Shown: positions 36,962-50,805 of the stretch, one piece after another
How positions within the stretch are numbered: position 1 is the first letter of the stretch
Layout: each line of letters begins with the position of its first letter
Origin: Octopus bimaculoides
Lineage: Eukaryota
Assembly: GCF_001194135.2 (NCBI RefSeq)
Contig: NC_068982.1
Span: forward strand, 129,827,534 to 129,891,533
Direction: 5' to 3'
Length of the DNA stretch: 64,000 nucleotides
Program-made: the position numbers and the translations under genes
Notes under the pieces: generated by a model
Databases searched by the model: none
Told to the model about the DNA's origin: nothing
The model's input: only the letters and a program-made list of their open reading frames with translations

Positions 36962-37595
36962 GCATCATTATCATCATCATCGTTTAACATCTGCTTTCCA
37001 TACTGGCATGGGTTGGACAGTTTGACTGGGGACTGGTGAGCCAGATGGCTGCAACAGGCCCCAGTCTGATCTGGCAGAGTTTCTACAGCTGGATGCCCTT
37101 CCTAATGCCAACCACTCCAAGAGTGTAGTGGGTGTTTTTACGTGCCACTGGCACGAGAGCCAGTCAGGCGGTACTGGCAACGGCCAAGCTCAAATGGTGT
37201 TTTTACATGTCACCTGCACAGGAGCCAGTCCAGCGGCACTGGCAACGCCCTCGCTCAAATGCTGTTTTTCACGTGCCACCGGCACAAGCGCCAGTAAGGT
37301 GATGCTGGTAATGATCATGCTCGAACGGTGCTTTTTACATGCCACTGGCACGGGAGCCAGTCAGTGGCCCTGGCAACGAGCATGGATCCCAGTCATGCTG
37401 TGTTGTCATTGAATTTGATTTCGATTTCACTTGCCTCAACAGGTCTTCGCAAGCAGAGTTTAGTGTCCAATGAAAGAAAGGTACGCCTAAGTGGGCTGGT
37501 TACACCACTGGCATAGGCCATGGGTTAGGTCTCACTTGGTTTGCTGGGTCTTCTCAAGCACAGCACATTTCCAAAAGTCTCGGTCACTAGTCATT
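36962..37595 (-). mobile_element. RTE 3' end (last codons MTSDRDFWKCAVLEKT plus tandem-unit UTR)
   Basis: Same tail family. The ORF end aligns with the C-terminus at about 47830-47880. Confidence 0.8.
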
Positions 37596-37597
37596 GT

Positions 37598-38049
37598 TTA
37601 ATACCACAGATTTGCTTGTCAGTTGTTTGACCTTAGCCAGTTGAGCATGTCCCTTGGTGGCTGACGATATGTGCATCTCTGATCATGAACAGAAGTAGTG
37701 GGGGAGCATCATAGCCATGTGTTGAGAGGAATTCTTTGGGGTTTGAATAATTCACCTTTGGAAACATGGGTGTTTTGCTCAACATCCTTAAACAAACCTT
37801 ATTCAGGGACCTTTTGAGCAGGATGAGCTACTCGACCTGAAGAAAATTCTAACTAGGCCTCACTTGCGAGGTCATGCACTGTTTATCTTGATATGAGATC
37901 ACCATGTCGTGCACATATGGTTGTGATATATGTGCCTTGTGCACCCTTATCAGACTGATAGTCATGATGGGTATAATGGACTTCGTATATTTTACCCCAG
38001 TGTCACTTTGATGGCATGCACTGCTCTCTCACTCAATAATAATAATAAT
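37598..38049 (+). repeat. Unclassified dispersed retroposon ending in (AAT)n; second copy at 41189-41578
   Basis: About 390 bp of clear colinear similarity between the two copies, with no coding signal. Confidence 0.75.
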
Positions 38050-38600
38050 GAGATTGAAACTATAGACCACCTAATCTCAGGTTGTAGAGTCTTAGCACCT
38101 GTAGAACATAAAGCAAGACATGACAGAGTCAGCCAGTATTTATACTGGACAATATGTCGGCATTATAAAATCAAAACCACTGACAAATGGTATAAACACC
38201 ATCTTGAAGCTGTGACTGAGGGAGAAAATGTGTTGACATACCGACAAAACTATAAAAGCTAATAAACTGGATATTATTATAAAAGATCAGACAAAAAAGA
38301 TGTGTTTATTAATTGACATGAGTATTCCTTGTGATCACAATATAGCAGCGAAAGAATTTGACAAGATCAGTAAATATAAAGACTTGCTAATAGAAATTGA
38401 AAAAATGTGGCATCTCAAGGCGACTACCATACCAGTGATTGTAGAATCTCTAGGAATGATAAAAAAGGTACTGAAGCCTATTTGAAAATGAAACCAGGCC
38501 TACCAACCATCCCTACAGGAAGTGCAAAAAAATTGTGTTAACTGAAATGACTCATGTACTGAGAAGAACATTATCACTGTGAAAACAACATCCATTCATG
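38050..38600 (+). mobile_element. 5'-truncated R4/Dong-like non-LTR retrotransposon (zinc-knuckle and RLE endonuclease region)
   Basis: ETIDHLISGC...HDRV..YLYW.IC followed by CLLIDMSIPCDHNIAAKEFDKISKYKDL.IEIEKMW.LK....PVIV..LG, typical of restriction-like-endonuclease LINE C-termini. Flanked by (AAT)n/(TAA)n. Confidence 0.8.
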
Positions 38601-39018
38601 AATTTATTTATTTATTTATTTATTTTAAATACATATTTTACCTGTAAATTTGCATGTGTAAACTGGGAATGCATACAGTGAGCTTCTCTGCCCTAGGTGT
38701 ACGGAAAACACACGGCAAGAAATGGAAGAAAATTTGAAGAAAGAAGAAAAAAAAACAACATAATAATAATAATAATAATAATCCTTTCTACTATAGGCAC
38801 AAGGCCTGAAATTTGGGGGAGGGGGATAGTTGCTTACATCAACTCAACTGGTACTTATTTTCAATACTCAACTGGTACTTATTTTATCCACCCTGAAAGG
38901 TTGAAAGGCAAAGCGAACCTCAGCAGAGTTTCAACTCAGAACATAAAGATGGGTGAAATACCACTAAGCATTTTACCCAGCATGCTAACGATTCTGCCAG
39001 CTTACTAACTTAATAACG

Positions 39019-39107
<89 letters not shown>
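39019..39107. repeat. (TAA)n microsatellite
   Basis: About 30 uninterrupted units. Confidence 0.97.
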
Positions 39108-39109
<2 letters not shown>

Positions 39110-39655
39110 CAACTGCTTTTAGCATAGCCTCAAGTCCTAAATGTGAGGGGAAGAGTTAATCAATTAAGTAAATTACCTGTCAAAGACAAGGAGCAATTAA
39201 TTAACCCTAACTCTTGAAAGGTATTTTATTTTATTGATCCCTGGAAGGATAAAAGGTAGAGTTGTGTATGACAGGATACGAATGCAGAACATAAAAAGCT
39301 GGAACAAATACCACAAGGCATTTTTTTAATATGCTAATGAAGTGAATTATTATCATGTATAGTGTGATGACTGTGCAAGTTGTGGGAAGCTGTATGACTG
39401 CGAAATACAAATAGTCAATATATAAGACAAACAATAGCTAAATGTGTAGGAGCTGATTATAATCAATTGGATAAATTTGGGTGACAGTATGATTCATTGG
39501 ACAAAGTCGAATGAGAGGCTGTGTATGTATGATACACTGAATTAAGGTGAGTGATTGACTGAATCATTGTCATGGCCACCACCACTGCTGTTACCAGTGT
39601 TGCTATCATTGTCATCATTTTAATGTCTAAATTTCCATTCTTACATGGGTTAGGT

Positions 39656-39886
39656 CAGTGGTTCTCAACCAGGGTTCATATGGCCCTTGGGGATCTATAT
39701 AAGATTTTGATGTTAAAATATGTGCAAAAAATTGGTTATACTTCTACAATGCACAAAATATTTTAACAATTTTGTTTATACAATTTCTAATAATATCTAA
39801 TTATAAAGATTGAATGGTTATAGGGTCAACACAAATAAAATAGGAACCAAAGAGGTCCACTGGCAAAAAATGGTTGAGAACCATTG
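39656..39886. mobile_element. hAT (Charlie/MER5-like) MITE, 231 bp
   Basis: TIR CAGTGGTTCTCAACC / GGTTGAGAACCATTG and an 8-bp TSD GGTTAGGT/GGTTAGAT. Confidence 0.85.
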
Positions 39887-40032
39887 GGTTAGATGGAATT
39901 TGTTGAGGTAGATTTTCTTCTGCTGGAAGTCCTTCCTGTTGTTAGCCCTGACCTGTTTGCAAGCAAAATATTTCCCCATGACTAAATATGTTTCCATGGA
40001 AGATTAGAAACAAACAATATTGCTTGTACAAG

Positions 40033-40247
40033 ATGACGGGAAGCTGGCAGAAATGTTAGCATGCTGGGCAAAATGCTTAGCGACATTTCATCTGTTTTTA
40101 CATTTTGAGTTCAAATTCTGCTGAGGTAGATTTTGTCTTTCATCCTTTTGGGGGTCAATAAATTAAGTACCAGTTGCATACTGGGTTGATCTAATCGACT
40201 GGCCCCACCTCCACCAAAATTTCAGGCCTTGTGCCTAGAGTAGAAAA
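40033..40247 (+). mobile_element. tRNA-derived SINE (family A), near full length, with a 17-bp TSD
   Basis: A-box-like TGGCAGAA and B-box GAGTTCAAATTC. AATATTGCTTGTACAAG is duplicated at 40016-40032 and 40248-40264. Further copies near 6320, 22940, 27620, 38785, 40900, 43120, 61130, 62350 and 62925. Confidence 0.88.
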
Positions 40248-40328
40248 AATATTGCTTGTACAAGGATGATGATCATTTACAAATATTGTGTGATGTCAGG
40301 ACAAAGGGACACAAACACACCCTGGTGT

Positions 40329-40378
<50 letters not shown>

Positions 40379-41734
40379 TGATTTCCTTTCAGTTCTTCCT
40401 CACATGACTTTAGTCAGCCTGAAGCTAGAGAAGAAGATGCCCAAGTGTTAAACAGTGAGATTGAACCTGAAAACTTATGCTTCTAGGTTCATTTTACTTG
40501 ATATATTAGATGAAGTTGAGTGACAGAGTGATTATATATGATTCATTGAATAAAGTTGAGTGACAAGCTGATTATGACTCATTCTATGAGTTTGATGGAT
40601 AAGAAGTCATGGGATCTGAGAATTAGACTCAGAATATAAAAGGGACGGCTAAATACCACAAGGTATTTTATCTAGAGCTCCAGTAATTCTGCAGTTCGCT
40701 ACTATTATCTAATGTGTCCAAGGACTGCAACATGCTCCAAAACAGACGCTGGAGCACAATGCAGTCCTTGAACACATCAGATCTTGTCAAACCATCCAAG
40801 TCATACCTGTATGAAACACAGATATCAAATGATAATGATGATGACGATAATGATGATGAAAACAATAATAACAATAATAATAATTTCTCATTTTAACTCA
40901 AATTTAGTGATTTTGAGGGGAGTGAATAAGTTGATTACATCGACCCCAGTGGTCAGCTGGTACTTATGTTATCAAGCATAAGAGGATGAAAGGTAGAATA
41001 GATCTCAGCAGAATTTGAACTCAGGACATAAAGAATTAGAAGCACCTCTAAGAATTTTGTCTGATGTTCTAACGCTTCTGTTAGTTTTCTGCCTCACTAC
41101 AACTTCTAATAATACTTTCAAATTTTGTTGCAAAGCCAGTAATTTTAATGAGAGAGGGTTTGTTGATTACATCAACTCTAGTGCTCCATACCACAGATTT
41201 GCTTGTCATTTGCTTAACCATAACTGGTTGAGTATATCCCTTAAAAGCTGTCAATATGTACTGCTCTGATCACAAGCAGGAGTAGTGGGGCAGCATCATA
41301 GCCATGTGTCGAGAGGAATTCTTTAGGAGTTGAATGATTCACCCCTGGGAACATGGCTATTTTGTATATGATCCTTGACAACCATTATTCAGGGACCTTT
41401 TGAGCAAGATGGGCTATTCGACCTGAAGAAAATTCTAACTGGGCCCCCACCTGCAAGGTCATGCACTGATTATCTTGATATGAGGTCACCATGTCGTACA
41501 CATATGGTTGTGATGCATGTGCCTGGTGTACCCTTATCAGTTGACCAGTCATGGTGGGTATATTGGGCTTCATATATCACTGTTTTCCTTTGGTTGGGTT
41601 GTAAGAAGATATACCCTGCCCTAAAAAACAGGATCATAACAGTTTTTGTAACTTACTCTTGCTAATGGATGAATATTATACTGTTGAAAACATATAAGAA
41701 AGGAAATTAATTCACCCTATACACATGTGTATCT

Positions 41735-42040
41735 TTTGCAAGCGAGTTTGCTGCCAGTACTGCTGGACTGGCTCCTGTGCAGGTGGCACGTAAAATACAC
41801 CATTTTGAGTGTGGCCATTGCCAGTACCTCCTGACTGGCCTTCGTGCCGGTGGCACGTAAAAGCACCCACTACACTCTCGGAGTAGTTGGCATTAGGAAG
41901 GGCATCCAGCTGTAGAAACTCTACCAAATCAGATTGGAGCCTGGTGTAGCCATCTGGTTCACCAGTCCTCAGTCAAATCGTCCAACCCATGCTAGCATGG
42001 AAAGCGGATGTTAAACGACAATGATGATGATGATGATGAG
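41735..42040 (+). mobile_element. RTE tail copy
   Basis: Same tail family, ending in (GAT)n. Confidence 0.8.
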
Positions 42041-43656
42041 ACATTGACTAATGACAAATACAGCAAGGTACCATCTCCATATCACCAAAGGAGACAAAGT
42101 GTTGAGAAAGGGAGTAAATTTCTTGTAGCAACTAACATTGTGTGAATGAGACAGAATGATGGTGAGGATGACGATGAAAATAATAGTGATGTTTATTTTA
42201 GGTTCTTAGAACACAATTAGTTGCTAGCTCTAAGCAAGTGGTTAGTCAAGATTAGTAAATAGATAGAACAGACATTGTATTATGCTCCAAGAATAGTTCA
42301 ATAAAGAGACAATTTTTTTTGCTACCAACTGCTTGTCTTGGAGTTAATTGCTGTGAGGTAACAAGTAGTCATGATCTATGATTAATTAGAAAATAAAGAT
42401 ATGTTGATCTAATTAAATGTCGTTAATCAGTGGGACATAGCTTGTAGGATTTTGATGAAGCATGGTGTGGTGTTACAAGTTAGAGAATAGAATTTTGTTG
42501 ATAAAAAGATGTTTAATTAAAAGTATATTTCCATTTGAATGTAAATTATGTATGAAGCTGCTTAAAATTTTAAGAGGCATAATATGGAAAATGTGACATT
42601 TATTGGCTTTCTTTATGTTATAATGAAGTGAAATAATTGCAATCAAAAATGTGTTTCAATTAGCTGGTTGGTTAATCAGGGCGCTCACATTTCAGCTGAA
42701 ATGTTGCTTGCTTATATTGTCACCAACACTGTTCTGTCCTTGAAAATAAAAAAAGACATTTAAATTACTGTTTTATGTAATGGCTGATATTAGGAATTAT
42801 AAAGAAAAATGAAAACCATTTTCTAATACTTATAGAATTCAAGAATTAATTTCAGTTACTCAATAGCAAATTTTATAAAAATAGAACTAATTTATGACAT
42901 ATGGACATACTAATTACTTATTGTCATTTAGAAAGAGAGATACTATTTTCAGTTGTTAGTGTAATTCCTGAATTACAAAATATAGTCAAAAGAAAGATGG
43001 AAAAAAGAGAATGCCCAAATTCTAATTTTTTAACAATCAAATTCAAGTTTGCAGAGTTTTGTAACTCAGAAATTGTAAACTGATCCAGAATGTCATATGA
43101 ATAATTGATTAGTAATATTGGTTTCAAATTTTGGCACAAGGTCAGCAGTTTCAGCAGAGGGAAATAGTTGATTACATTGACCCCATTGCTCAAATAGTAC
43201 TTATTTTATCGGCCTTGAAAGGATGAAGAGCAAAGTCAATCTCAGCAGGATTTGAACTCAAAATGTAAAGATGTACAAATGCTGCTTAGCATTTTGCCTG
43301 GTGTGCTAATAATTCTGGCTTTAATTGAGCAGTGATATTGTGAAGGTATGTGACATAATGGTTTGGGCCTTAGGCTCATGATTGTTAAGGTTGTGAGTTT
43401 GATTCTTGGACTGGGGTACACATTGTGTCCTTGAACAAATACACTTCAATTGATGTTGCTTTAGTTCATTCACCTGAAATGAGTACTAATGACAACTGCA
43501 AATATTAACCCTGCAACAGACTAGCAATTGGCATCCTGTTCAGTAAATTATGTACTCTCAGTTGCTTAAACACCATAAAAAATTGTAATTAACTCTGGTC
43601 TTTTGAGCTTTTAGGCTTGAGACATTTTTTTCCTAACTAGTAACATTTCTTGCAAA

Positions 43657-45266
43657 GGCACATGGCTAAGTGGTTAGGTTATTCAGCTCATGATTATAAA
43701 GCTACGAGTTTGATACCTGGTGGTGAGTTGCATCCTTGAACATAACAATTTATTTCATGTTGCTTCAGTCCATTCAGCTGGCAAAAATGGGTAGTACCTA
43801 TATTTCAAAAGGCCAGCTTTATCACATACTGTGTCATGCTGAGTATCCTGAGAACTATTGGGTTGGCAACTAAGTTCCTGCCATTTAAAAAAATTTTGGA
43901 ATTTATTGCGTTTTTAAATTTTGGAATCTATTTTTTTCGAGAATTCTATTTTTGAATCATTTTGGAATCTATTTTTTTCTAGTTAATTTTAGTTAATTTT
44001 TGTTTATTTTCAGATCATTAAAATGGAATGTCAAGTTTAGAAAAATGAGCATTTTTGACACCTCTTTTTTGCTTTTAATCAAGGTTCTAAGGTCGCAAAA
44101 GCTGCTTGTGACATTTGTGCTGCATATGGAGAGAGTGCCATAGCTGAAAGAACCACTCGTGATTGGTATGTCAAGTTCAAAAATGGAAATTTTGACCTCA
44201 AACACGCACCTCGTTCTGGCTGTCCAGTTGAGATCAATGAAGAGCAATTAAACCTTAAACCAACTTTTGCATGAAAATTCTCATCAAACAACAAGGGAAC
44301 TGGCAGAGAAAATGGAATGCTCCCACACCTGTTATAGAGAAGCATCTTCACTCGATGGGTGAGGCTCAGAAGTATGGAGCATGGGTTCCGCATGCTTTAA
44401 GTAACAACAACAAAAATCAACAAGCCACAATCTCTGTTGGTTTGCTTGCTCATCACCGCACAACTCATGGACACAAGCAAGAATTTCTTTACCGAATTGT
44501 TACTGGCGACAATAAATGGTACCTGTACATCAATATGAAGCAGTGTAAGGAATGGCTTAACCCCGGTAAACAAGTGACACCGCGCGTGAAACAAGATCTT
44601 CATCTGCGTAAAACGATATAAGTATGGTGGGACTGGGAAGGGATTATCCATTATGAATTGCTTGAACAGAACCAAACAGTCAACACGGAACTCTATGTTC
44701 AACAGATGGAGTGACTCAACACAGCTATTCAAGAGAAAAGACCTAATTGGCAGCATGGAGTTCTGCTGCACAACAACGCCCGCCCTCATATCGCCAATAT
44801 GACCAAGGAAGCCATTCAAACGCATGGCTGAGAAGTGCTGCCACACCCGCCATACTCTCCTGATTTGGCACCAACGGATTTCCACCTCTTTCAATCGCTT
44901 TCATATGCTATACGCAGAGTTTCGTTCAATACTGATGCAGAATTGAGAGCTTGGCTGGATTATTTTTTCGAGTCGAAATCAGGTGATTTCTACCAACGAG
45001 GTATTGAAAATCTTGTTGAACGTTGGGAAGAAGTTCTAAACAACAAGGGTGAATACATTATTGATTAATTAGTTGTTATTTTTTATTAAACCTTTTAAAA
45101 AATTTAAATTAAAAAAAAACAGCAGGAAATTAGTTGCCAACCCAATACATTAAATGTACATATGTTTGCAGAGTGTTCAGCCACTTGCACATTAAGTTCA
45201 CAAGCAGGCTGTTCCATTGATTGGATCAACTGGAACCCTCATTGTCATAACCGGTGGAGTGCCACT
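43657..45266 (+). mobile_element. tRNA-derived SINE (same family as 29051-29369) split by the mariner
   Basis: The 5' half 43657-43857 and the 3' half 45148-45266 join at GAGAACTA|CATTAA to give a sequence colinear with the intact copy at 29051. Confidence 0.8.
43858..45145 (+). mobile_element. Full-length (1288 bp) defective mariner (DD34D) transposon
   Basis: 24-bp TIRs with 23/24 identity (TTGGGTTGGCAACTAA[G/T]TTCCTGC) and TA duplication at 43856-57 and 45146-47. Transposase remnant 44023-45068 shows WVPHAL, IVTGDNKW, LHNNARPH and HPPYSPDLAPTD, with stops and frameshifts. Confidence 0.95.
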
Positions 45267-45599
45267 TAATTAGCTAGTGACATTGCTAGTGGTGTTTGAA
45301 AAGTATGTCATAAAGAATAACACTGAATATATAAAAAATACTACCTAGATGATGCAAGCACTTGTTCTACAGTTTGTTTTGATAATCTAATATCACAGAT
45401 GTGAAGTGTAGAGCCGTTGTTTTTTTTATTATTCAGAATGTTTGAATATTCTTTAATATTTTTCATTTTTTATTTCACTAGGCTTCAGCTGAAAGAAGGA
45501 GATCAGTCTTTCCATTAAATTTGCAGATTCTCTTGGATTGGTGAGATTAGTGGAATTAACTTTCCTCTTGAAAAGATGCAAGTCGACAAAAGTAGGAAA

Positions 45600-46560
45600 A
45601 ACATTTGTAGGGAGGACATCTTAGGGTCCTAATATTTTAGGTAAGGTGGACCAAGTATACTGTTTCAAGTGAGGCCTGCAGTTCCTTCAGACAGGTTGTC
45701 TTGAACTCCTTTTTATAATCTGGAGAACTATAATAAATAGGAAGAAAATGAGAATTGAACCCTGATAGACCCCTACATGAGTGCTGAATGCATTGCTGAA
45801 CATGTTGCTCTCTCTTTGCAGATAGTACTCATGGACATGGTTTTCACATCACTGAAAAACTAATCATCAACAATATTTTTAGTGATACAAGATAGAATCC
45901 CGTAAAAGTTTTTTTCCAGATCAACAAATGTTATGTATAGAGAACATCTATTGTAGTTGTCTCATTAATAAGACATCATCTACATTTCCTCTGATTTTAC
46001 TTCCTAATTAGCTGTATTATATTATTTCTGTTACTTTCTTAACTTGATCCATAAGTTAGATGCACCTGCAGCTGCTACTTTGCCTTTGCAACAGCTAATG
46101 ATCTTACTACTACTTCAGTCATTAAGAAATTAACCACCTTGCACTGCAAGAAATATTATGTGAGTAACTGAAACTAAATATCTTACTGTGTCAGATATTT
46201 TCAAAGTTTCTGCAACTATTCCTGATGTTTTCTTGCCTTCACATCCTTAACGGTCCTTTTGACTATACAGGTGTCAACTTCTCTAGTTGTCCCTGTCTCT
46301 GCTATTCATTTTCCTCATACAGCAACATCTTAAAGTAACATATCCTTACTTTGTTCTTCCTGGAATCAGTGAGAGCAAGTGTGCTGCAATTATTCTGTAC
46401 ACATTTTCCATCGACAGTATTCTAATTTCTACTGATACATTACTTTGCAATTTGGTTTACATTGCACTCAGATCATCAATAAATAGAATTTTGGTAAACT
46501 TTTAACTTCATCTTCTCTCTTTGTTAAGTGTGCCAAATGCTGAGATCCTTTTATAGTTAC
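45600..46560 (-). mobile_element. Highly degraded RTE LINE fragment
   Basis: The minus strand gives LMRQLQ...FVDLEK and GKC...LALTD...LL.EENE remnants with many stops. Confidence 0.6.
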
Positions 46561-46639
46561 CTCACATTTTCCATGCTACTACTCTTTTCTCTAATCATTT
46601 TAGGTCTATCAGTTAGTTTCTTTCTATGTCTATTTAGTA

Positions 46640-48196
46640 TGCTATTTTACCACAGCTGCTAAAAAAGTATTTGGTCAAAAGTAAGCCACTGTACTTAGTT
46701 TCTGTTGACCTGGAGAAAGCCATCGGTAGAGTGTCCACTCTGTTATATGGTGGTCTCTAAGGAAGCTAGGAGTAGAGGAATGGCTTATTAGAGCTGTACA
46801 AGCTATGTACAGTGGTGATATCAGTAAAGTGAGAGTCAGACATGAATACAGTGATGAATTTAGTGTACAAGTAGGGGTTCACCAGGGCTCAGTTCTTAGT
46901 CCACTCTTATTCACCATAGTCCTCCAAGCCATAACAGAGGAATTAAAAACTGGATGCCTGTGGGAATTATTATATGCTGATGACCTCACGCTCTTATTGC
47001 AGAATCTAAAGTAGAATGGGAGAAGAAATTCCAGGTATGGAAGCAAAACCTGGAATAAAAGGGCATTAAAGTTAAACTAGTAAAGTTGTTAGCAAGAAAG
47101 CAGACAAGACTTTCTTTCTGTCAGGTAAACAGCCCTGTTCAATATGTAGGAAAGGAGTGGGAAATAATTCCATTTGCTGCACCCAGTGTAAGCTATGGAC
47201 ACATAAGAGGTGCAGTGGAATCACAGGTAGATTACCAAATAGGGCCACCTTCTTGTGTGGCTGATGTGCAGGAACGATAAGCACTAAAAGCACACAGGAC
47301 TTAGAATCTTCAAAATGCCCAGGGAGTAGATAGTTTCTGTTACATAGGTGACCAAATTAGCAATGGTGGTGGATGCTCTGAAAGTAGTTTCTAGAATAAG
47401 AATAGGATGGAGGAAGTTCAGAGAGCTATTACCTCTGTTGGCAACAAAAAGACTCTCTCTCAGAGTGAAAGGTAGATTGTATGATGTTTGTGTATGATTG
47501 GCTATACTCCATGGTAGTGAGACATGGGCTCTGAATGCAGAGGACATGCATAGACTAGAGAGGAATGAAAGCAGTATACTCCACTGGATATGCAGCATTA
47601 GTGTGCATGAATAACAAAGCGCAAATGTGTTGAGAGAAAAGTTGGGCATAAGAAGAATCAAATGCAGCATGCAAGAGAGGAGACTAAGTTGGTTTGGGCA
47701 TGTGATGCATATAAATGAAGGCAGCTGTATAAAGAAATGCTTGTCACTGAAAGTGGATAGTACCTGTGGAAAAGGAAGGCCTAGGAAGACATGGGATGAA
47801 GTGGTGAGGGCCAATCTCAGGATGTTGGGCTGACAAAGGAAATGACAATGGACCAAGATGTTTGGTGATATGAGGTTCTGCCCAGATCAGCAAAACCGAG
47901 TTCTAGAAGCATTGTGTCCCATTCACATGTAACAATAAAATTTCACACACCCTACCCCAACAAACCAAACTACATCTCCTCTCCCAAACAGTGTCTTTTA
48001 TCTTCCTCGCATTTCCTCTGAATACACTATGACTATCTCCCACTCTAAGGTGGTTGGCATTAAAATGAGCATCCAGCTGTAAAAACCATGCCAGAACAGA
48101 CAAAGTCTGGTGCAGTCTTCTGCCTGGTCAGCTCCTGTCAAACCGTCCAACATATGCCAGCATGAAACACAGACAGTAGATGGTGGTGATGATGTA

Positions 48197-48229
<33 letters not shown>

Positions 48230-48230
48230 A
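46640..48230 (+). mobile_element. 5'-truncated RTE-clade LINE (RT, 3' UTR and (GAT)n tail)
   Basis: VDLEKA, GVHQGSVLSPLLF, LLYADD, KGRLYDV...LHGSETW, RRLSWFGHVM and GKGRPRKTWDEVV, followed by the shared tail and GAT repeats. Confidence 0.9.
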
Positions 48231-50748
48231 GGAGCATTGCTCTGTTCTCAAGATCTGATTTGTGACTTGCAATTGGGTTAGTCTATGACGACTTGTCCAA
48301 CCAATACCATCAAGAAATTTAATGCAAAATGGTGATGAAAATATTTTTACACTGAAATATTCCATCATCATCATCATTTATGTTTGGTCTTTGTGCTGAT
48401 ATACATTGGACAAGCTACTGTGATCTGAATTAGTTCTTAATTTGAAATTACTGCTCTCCTAGATGTGTTAGAGGACCATATCACACTGAGAAATTGTTTC
48501 ATTTTTGGTATGGTTTCCATGGCTGGATACCTTTTCTAATACCAACTACTTTACAAAATGTACTGTGTGCTTTTTATCAAGACACCAGCATTATTAGAGA
48601 ATCGTCCCTAAGATGATTCTCCAAGAGAATCATCCCTATTCGATGTCTCCATTTGTTCAAAGTAACATGACCAAGAGGGCGAAAAGAAGGGAGAGTAGTA
48701 GGGACAAGAGCACAATGGGGAAAACAGCGGAGTGGAGGAGAGATAGTGGAAGGAATAGTGGATGAGATACAGAGCTGGAGTTAGGGTAGTACGCAGAGAA
48801 ACAGCATGGTGTTACAGTGAATATTAAAGGGGCTGAGTAGCAAAGATATTGAGTGAGAAAAAAAAAGGGTATCAGAGAGCATTATGGGAGAAACAGAATA
48901 ACAGTGAAATATACTGATGCAATTAAATCAATGTGTTTGAATAAATGTCTGATATATTGAAGAGAGAAGAAATAAGGTAACAATTTAGTTAATTTTTATT
49001 TGATATATGTATCATATGGATAAAAAAAACAGCTTTCTTCTGCATGGAAAGTTGCTTTACTTACGAAGTCATATGATTATTTTTTGATATTTTTTTTTAA
49101 GAAGTATATGTCTCATTGAGTCAGGGACTACTACTGCTGATTGCGTTTACACTTCATTTACAGTATGTACTAAAGAAAGATACACTTGAATAATGTGACA
49201 CTGTCTTTTCAAGTTATGTATTCACATAATTTTCAGAGGTCTGGTGCATATTTAATAGCTAAGGCATGTAGAGTTATGTGCTCTTCCAAGAAACACCTGT
49301 GAAACATCAGTAAGACACCTGAATATGTCTTATTCACTTTGTTAGTTCACTTCTTGTAGTTTTTAAAAATCTCATATTTTGGAGGAAATAAATGCATTTG
49401 TAAATGGCTTAAAACAAGAACTATTCAGTTCATTTTCTCATCAGTTGTTGTTGTTCAGATACAGATCAACCCTCATTGAACAGGCATTTCAGCCTTATCA
49501 TCCCATCTTTTTCTATATACAGGACTACATTGTCCAATGTATATGTCTATTCTATTTTTTAAGATGGTAGAGTGTAATTTGAAGGAATCTTGTTGCTATC
49601 TCTAGCAAGTCAAAAATCAATTGTTAGCTTGTTTTCCCATCAGTTTATCCTGATGAAAATGTCAGTTGAATATTAACCATCAAACAAGCTTTTGTAAAAC
49701 TTTCTCTGTATGTATCACGTAGTAGATATTATACCGTGCATATATATATTATTAAACAATCTATTAATAACATGAGGATATGAGACTTTGAAATAGTACA
49801 TGTTTGAAAATAATTGTAAACTACAAAGTTCCTTGCAGGCACTTCACCAGTGAACCAAATGATCAACAGAAGAAATATTCCAGAAACAAAAAAAAAAAAA
49901 AATTATATTAATAATAATATATAATTTACTACTACTAAAATCTTTTGAAATAGGGTTAGGAGTTTCTGAATAGATATCTAACTTATTGGAAGCAAAGATA
50001 AGCAACTGAATAGGAATGTATTAAAAAAAAAAATCTATCACATTGCAGACAGTAAGCTTACAGAGGTTGGAATTCAAGCATTGAGACATGGGGAAAATAG
50101 AAACCACAGTTGCAACGTTACAGTTACCTGGTGAGGGAAAAATGATTTCCTGTTTCATTTTCTACGACAGGTTAGAAAATATTGAATATGTAGATAATAT
50201 TAAGTGTTTTGCACATATATACACACACACACACATACACATACATATATATGATATATATATGTTGGCAATGTCTTGAAAGTATAGACATATACAAGTC
50301 TTGAATCCAAATATCTTCCATAGGATCAGATGATAATTAAAGGAATGCTTTTCTAGAAGAATATTTATTAAGTAGAGCTTTTCATTCATTTTGGGTAACG
50401 TTTCAACAGGGTATTACATAAGTTATATTTTTTAAATGGACATAGGATTTAAATGGTAGGCAAACAAGTGGGAACGAGAATGACAGAGCTAAAGTTAAGT
50501 AAAAGGAGCCAACAACGATAGATGGCTTAGTTTAAAAACACTAGCAAAAGCTAGTTTGCAATTAAAAGAACCTATATATCAGCAGAACATTCTTCTATTT
50601 GAAAAACTCATAGCAGAATTTAAATTAAAATTTTCACAGAGAAGGCTATTTTATATAAACAAACAGAGTGTGTGTTGCGCTACATGGATGTAATGCAAAT
50701 ATCCTAAGTATATTACATATGATGTTATATACATGTATTATATCTGTA

Positions 50749-50779
<31 letters not shown>

Positions 50780-50805
50780 ATGTATGTATGTAATATATAT
50801 ATATA

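Noticed and set aside
40033-40130. tRNA-like A/B boxes as tRNA genes (also at other SINE heads)
   Set aside because: No cloverleaf; they are heads of multi-copy SINEs, one of which has a clear TSD.
45482-45540. Plus-strand exon-like segment (ASAERRRSVFPLNLQILLD)
   Set aside because: Good splice-like ends, but it abuts LINE debris, has no linked exons and encodes no recognisable peptide.
45600-48230. Minus-then-plus RTE arrangement resembling a twin-priming 5' inversion
   Set aside because: The two parts overlap by several hundred bases of RT sequence and the minus part is far more decayed, so independent insertions are more likely.
48612-48634. 10-bp perfect stem-loop GATGATTCTC-caa-GAGAATCATC
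   Set aside because: Short and AT-rich, with no CTRR end or other element boundary nearby; compatible with chance.
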